Part shown: positions 30,975 to 32,000 of the stretch, piece by piece
Layout: every line of letters starts with the position of its first letter
Numbering within the stretch: position 1 is the stretch's first letter
DNA from: Acaryochloris marina S15
GTDB lineage: Bacteria > Cyanobacteriota > Cyanobacteriia > Thermosynechococcales > Thermosynechococcaceae
Length of the DNA stretch: 32,000 nucleotides
Assembly: GCF_018336915.1 (NCBI RefSeq)
Contig: NZ_CP064927.1
Span: forward strand, 30,001-62,000
Direction of reading: 5' to 3'
Notes under the pieces: model-generated
Told to the model about the DNA's origin: nothing
Databases searched by the model: none
The model's input: only the letters and a program-made list of their open reading frames with translations
Translations under genes and position numbers: made by a program

Positions 30975-32000
30975 ATGTCACTTAGGAGATTCTCTAAAGG
31001 AATAGTGGTGTTAGTCGTTCTGACAACGGGGCTATGCAACTCAGTGGGGAGAAAGGATGCAGTTGTGCTGGCAAGTCCAGCTAGTGAGGATTCTACACAT
31101 CTAGCACAATCAGAGCAGCCCCAAGTGGATGGAGGCTATGCAGAAGCCCTGCGTCAAATTCGAGTGGCGAAAGAGACACAAGCAACTGAACTAGATTTGG
31201 CGTTCCTATCACTGACTCAACTGCCACCAGAAATCGGACAGCTTACCAATCTGCAATGGCTATCCCTCTCGAGCAACCAACTGACCCAACTGCCACCAGA
31301 AATCGGACAGCTTACCAAGCTGCAATGGCTAACCTTCTCGGGTAACCAACTGACCCAACTGCCACCAGAAATCGGACAGCTTACCAAGCTGCAATGGCTA
31401 TCCCTCTCGAGCAACCAACTGACCCAACTGCCACCAGAAATCGGACAGCTTACCAAGCTGCAATGGCTAGGACTTTGGAAAAATAAACTGACCCAACTGC
31501 CACCAGAAATCGGACAGCTTGCCAATCTGCAATGGCTAGGACTCTGGAAAAATAAACTGACCCAACTGCCACCAGAAGTCATACAGCTTACCAATCTGCA
31601 ATGGCTAGGACTCTCGGAAAATAAACTGACCCAACTGCCACCAGAAATCGTAAAGCTTGCCAATCTGCAAAGGCTAGAACTCTCGGAAAATAAATTGACC
31701 CAACTGCCACCAGAAATCGTAAAGCTTGCCAATCTGCAATGGCTAGGACTCTCGGAAAATAAACTGACCCAACTGCCACCAGAAATCGGACAGCTTACCA
31801 ATCTGAAAGAGCTATACCTCGAGAAAAATAAACTGACCCAACTACCACCAGAAGTCGTACAGCTTACCAATCTGCAAACGCTATCCCTCTCGAGCAACCA
31901 ACTGACCCAACTGCCACCAGAAATCGTAAAGCTTACCAATCTGCAAACGCTATTCCTCTCGTACAACCAACTGACCCAACTACCACCAGAAATCGGACAG
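30975..32000 (+). CDS. Leucine-rich-repeat protein (5' part; continues beyond the window)
   Basis: My own translation from ATG 30975 finds no stop before the window end, which is why it is missing from the ORF track. Sequence: MSLRRFSKGIVVLVVLTTGLCNSVGRKDAVVLASPASEDSTHLAQSEQPQVDGGYAEALRQIRVAKETQATELDLAFLSLTQLPPEIGQLTNLQWLSLSSNQLTQLPPEIGQLTKLQWLTFSGNQLTQLPPEI... The N-terminus is a hydrophobic signal-like segment. It is followed by more than 11 LRRs of 23 residues. Confidence 0.85.
   Translation, partial: MSLRRFSKGIVVLVVLTTGLCNSVGRKDAVVLASPASEDSTHLAQSEQPQVDGGYAEALRQIRVAKETQATELDLAFLSLTQLPPEIGQLTNLQWLSLSSNQLTQLPPEIGQLTKLQWLTFSGNQLTQLPPEIGQLTKLQWLSLSSNQLTQLPPEIGQLTKLQWLGLWKNKLTQLPPEIGQLANLQWLGLWKNKLTQLPPEVIQLTNLQWLGLSENKLTQLPPEIVKLANLQRLELSENKLTQLPPEIVKLANLQWLGLSENKLTQLPPEIGQLTNLKELYLEKNKLTQLPPEVVQLTNLQTLSLSSNQLTQLPPEIVKLTNLQTLFLSYNQLTQLPPEIGQ
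31212..32000 (+). repeat. 69-bp tandem repeat array (more than 11 units) encoding the LRRs
   Basis: Unit starts at 31212, 31281 and 31350 show an exact 69-nt period. The consensus is CTGACCCAACTGCCACCAGAAATCGGACAGCTTACCAATCTGCAATGGCTA-N-CTCTCGNNNAACNAA. Variation is confined to a few codons. Confidence 0.9.

Noticed and set aside
31217-31966. 249-aa and 63-aa minus-strand ORFs in the ORF track (SGGSWVS... repeats)
   Set aside because: They are antisense read-through of the 69-bp LRR tandem repeat. The plus-strand frame gives a textbook LRR consensus (LxxLPPEIGQLTNLQxLxLSxNQ), with an upstream ATG and a signal-like N-terminus. The minus-strand products are low-complexity and match no motif.

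Overview
This is a mosaic accessory region that looks like a plasmid or ICE. Gene content suggests a cyanobacterial replicon, but that is inference, not a database result.

Layout, left to right:
(1) 1-6.4 kb: a tightly packed minus-strand type IV secretion/conjugation operon. It encodes a secreted 287-aa protein, a polytopic membrane protein, a 1041-aa VirB3/VirB4-like ATPase, a secreted 370-aa protein, and a VirB6/TrbL-like membrane protein that runs off the window.
(2) 6.4-8.2 kb: an AT-rich non-coding gap, an SDR oxidoreductase gene, and a decayed, frameshifted duplicate of the first ~140 nt of the T4SS operon.
(3) 8.17-9.51 kb: an IS256-family element with a frameshifted transposase. It sits 3-4 codons before the natural stop of the next gene.
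(4) 9.5-13.3 kb: a ~1260-aa Zn-finger/TOPRIM/P-loop helicase gene of replication type, itself split by a frameshift.
(5) 13.8-15.1 kb: a sigma-70-family factor with an unexplained ~190-aa C-terminal extension.
(6) 15.1-16.1 kb: a non-coding region dense with direct repeats and palindromes, next to a small ribbon-helix-helix gene.
(7) 16.7-27.2 kb: the most interesting block, a convergent module. On the plus strand are an HTH-NACHT-like STAND NTPase, a Zn-ribbon Ser/Thr kinase with a TM segment and TPRs, and a DUF928-like secreted protein. On the minus strand are an FAD monooxygenase, a TPS-domain beta-helix exoprotein and a secreted TPR-CHAT protease.
(8) 27.2-29.6 kb: a small dsRNA-binding-domain protein and three hypothetical genes.
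(9) 29.69-30.87 kb: an IS4/IS5-type element with 25-bp inverted repeats.
(10) 30.98 kb to the end: a leucine-rich-repeat protein encoded by near-identical 69-bp tandem repeats.

I recognised no rRNA, tRNA or CRISPR array.
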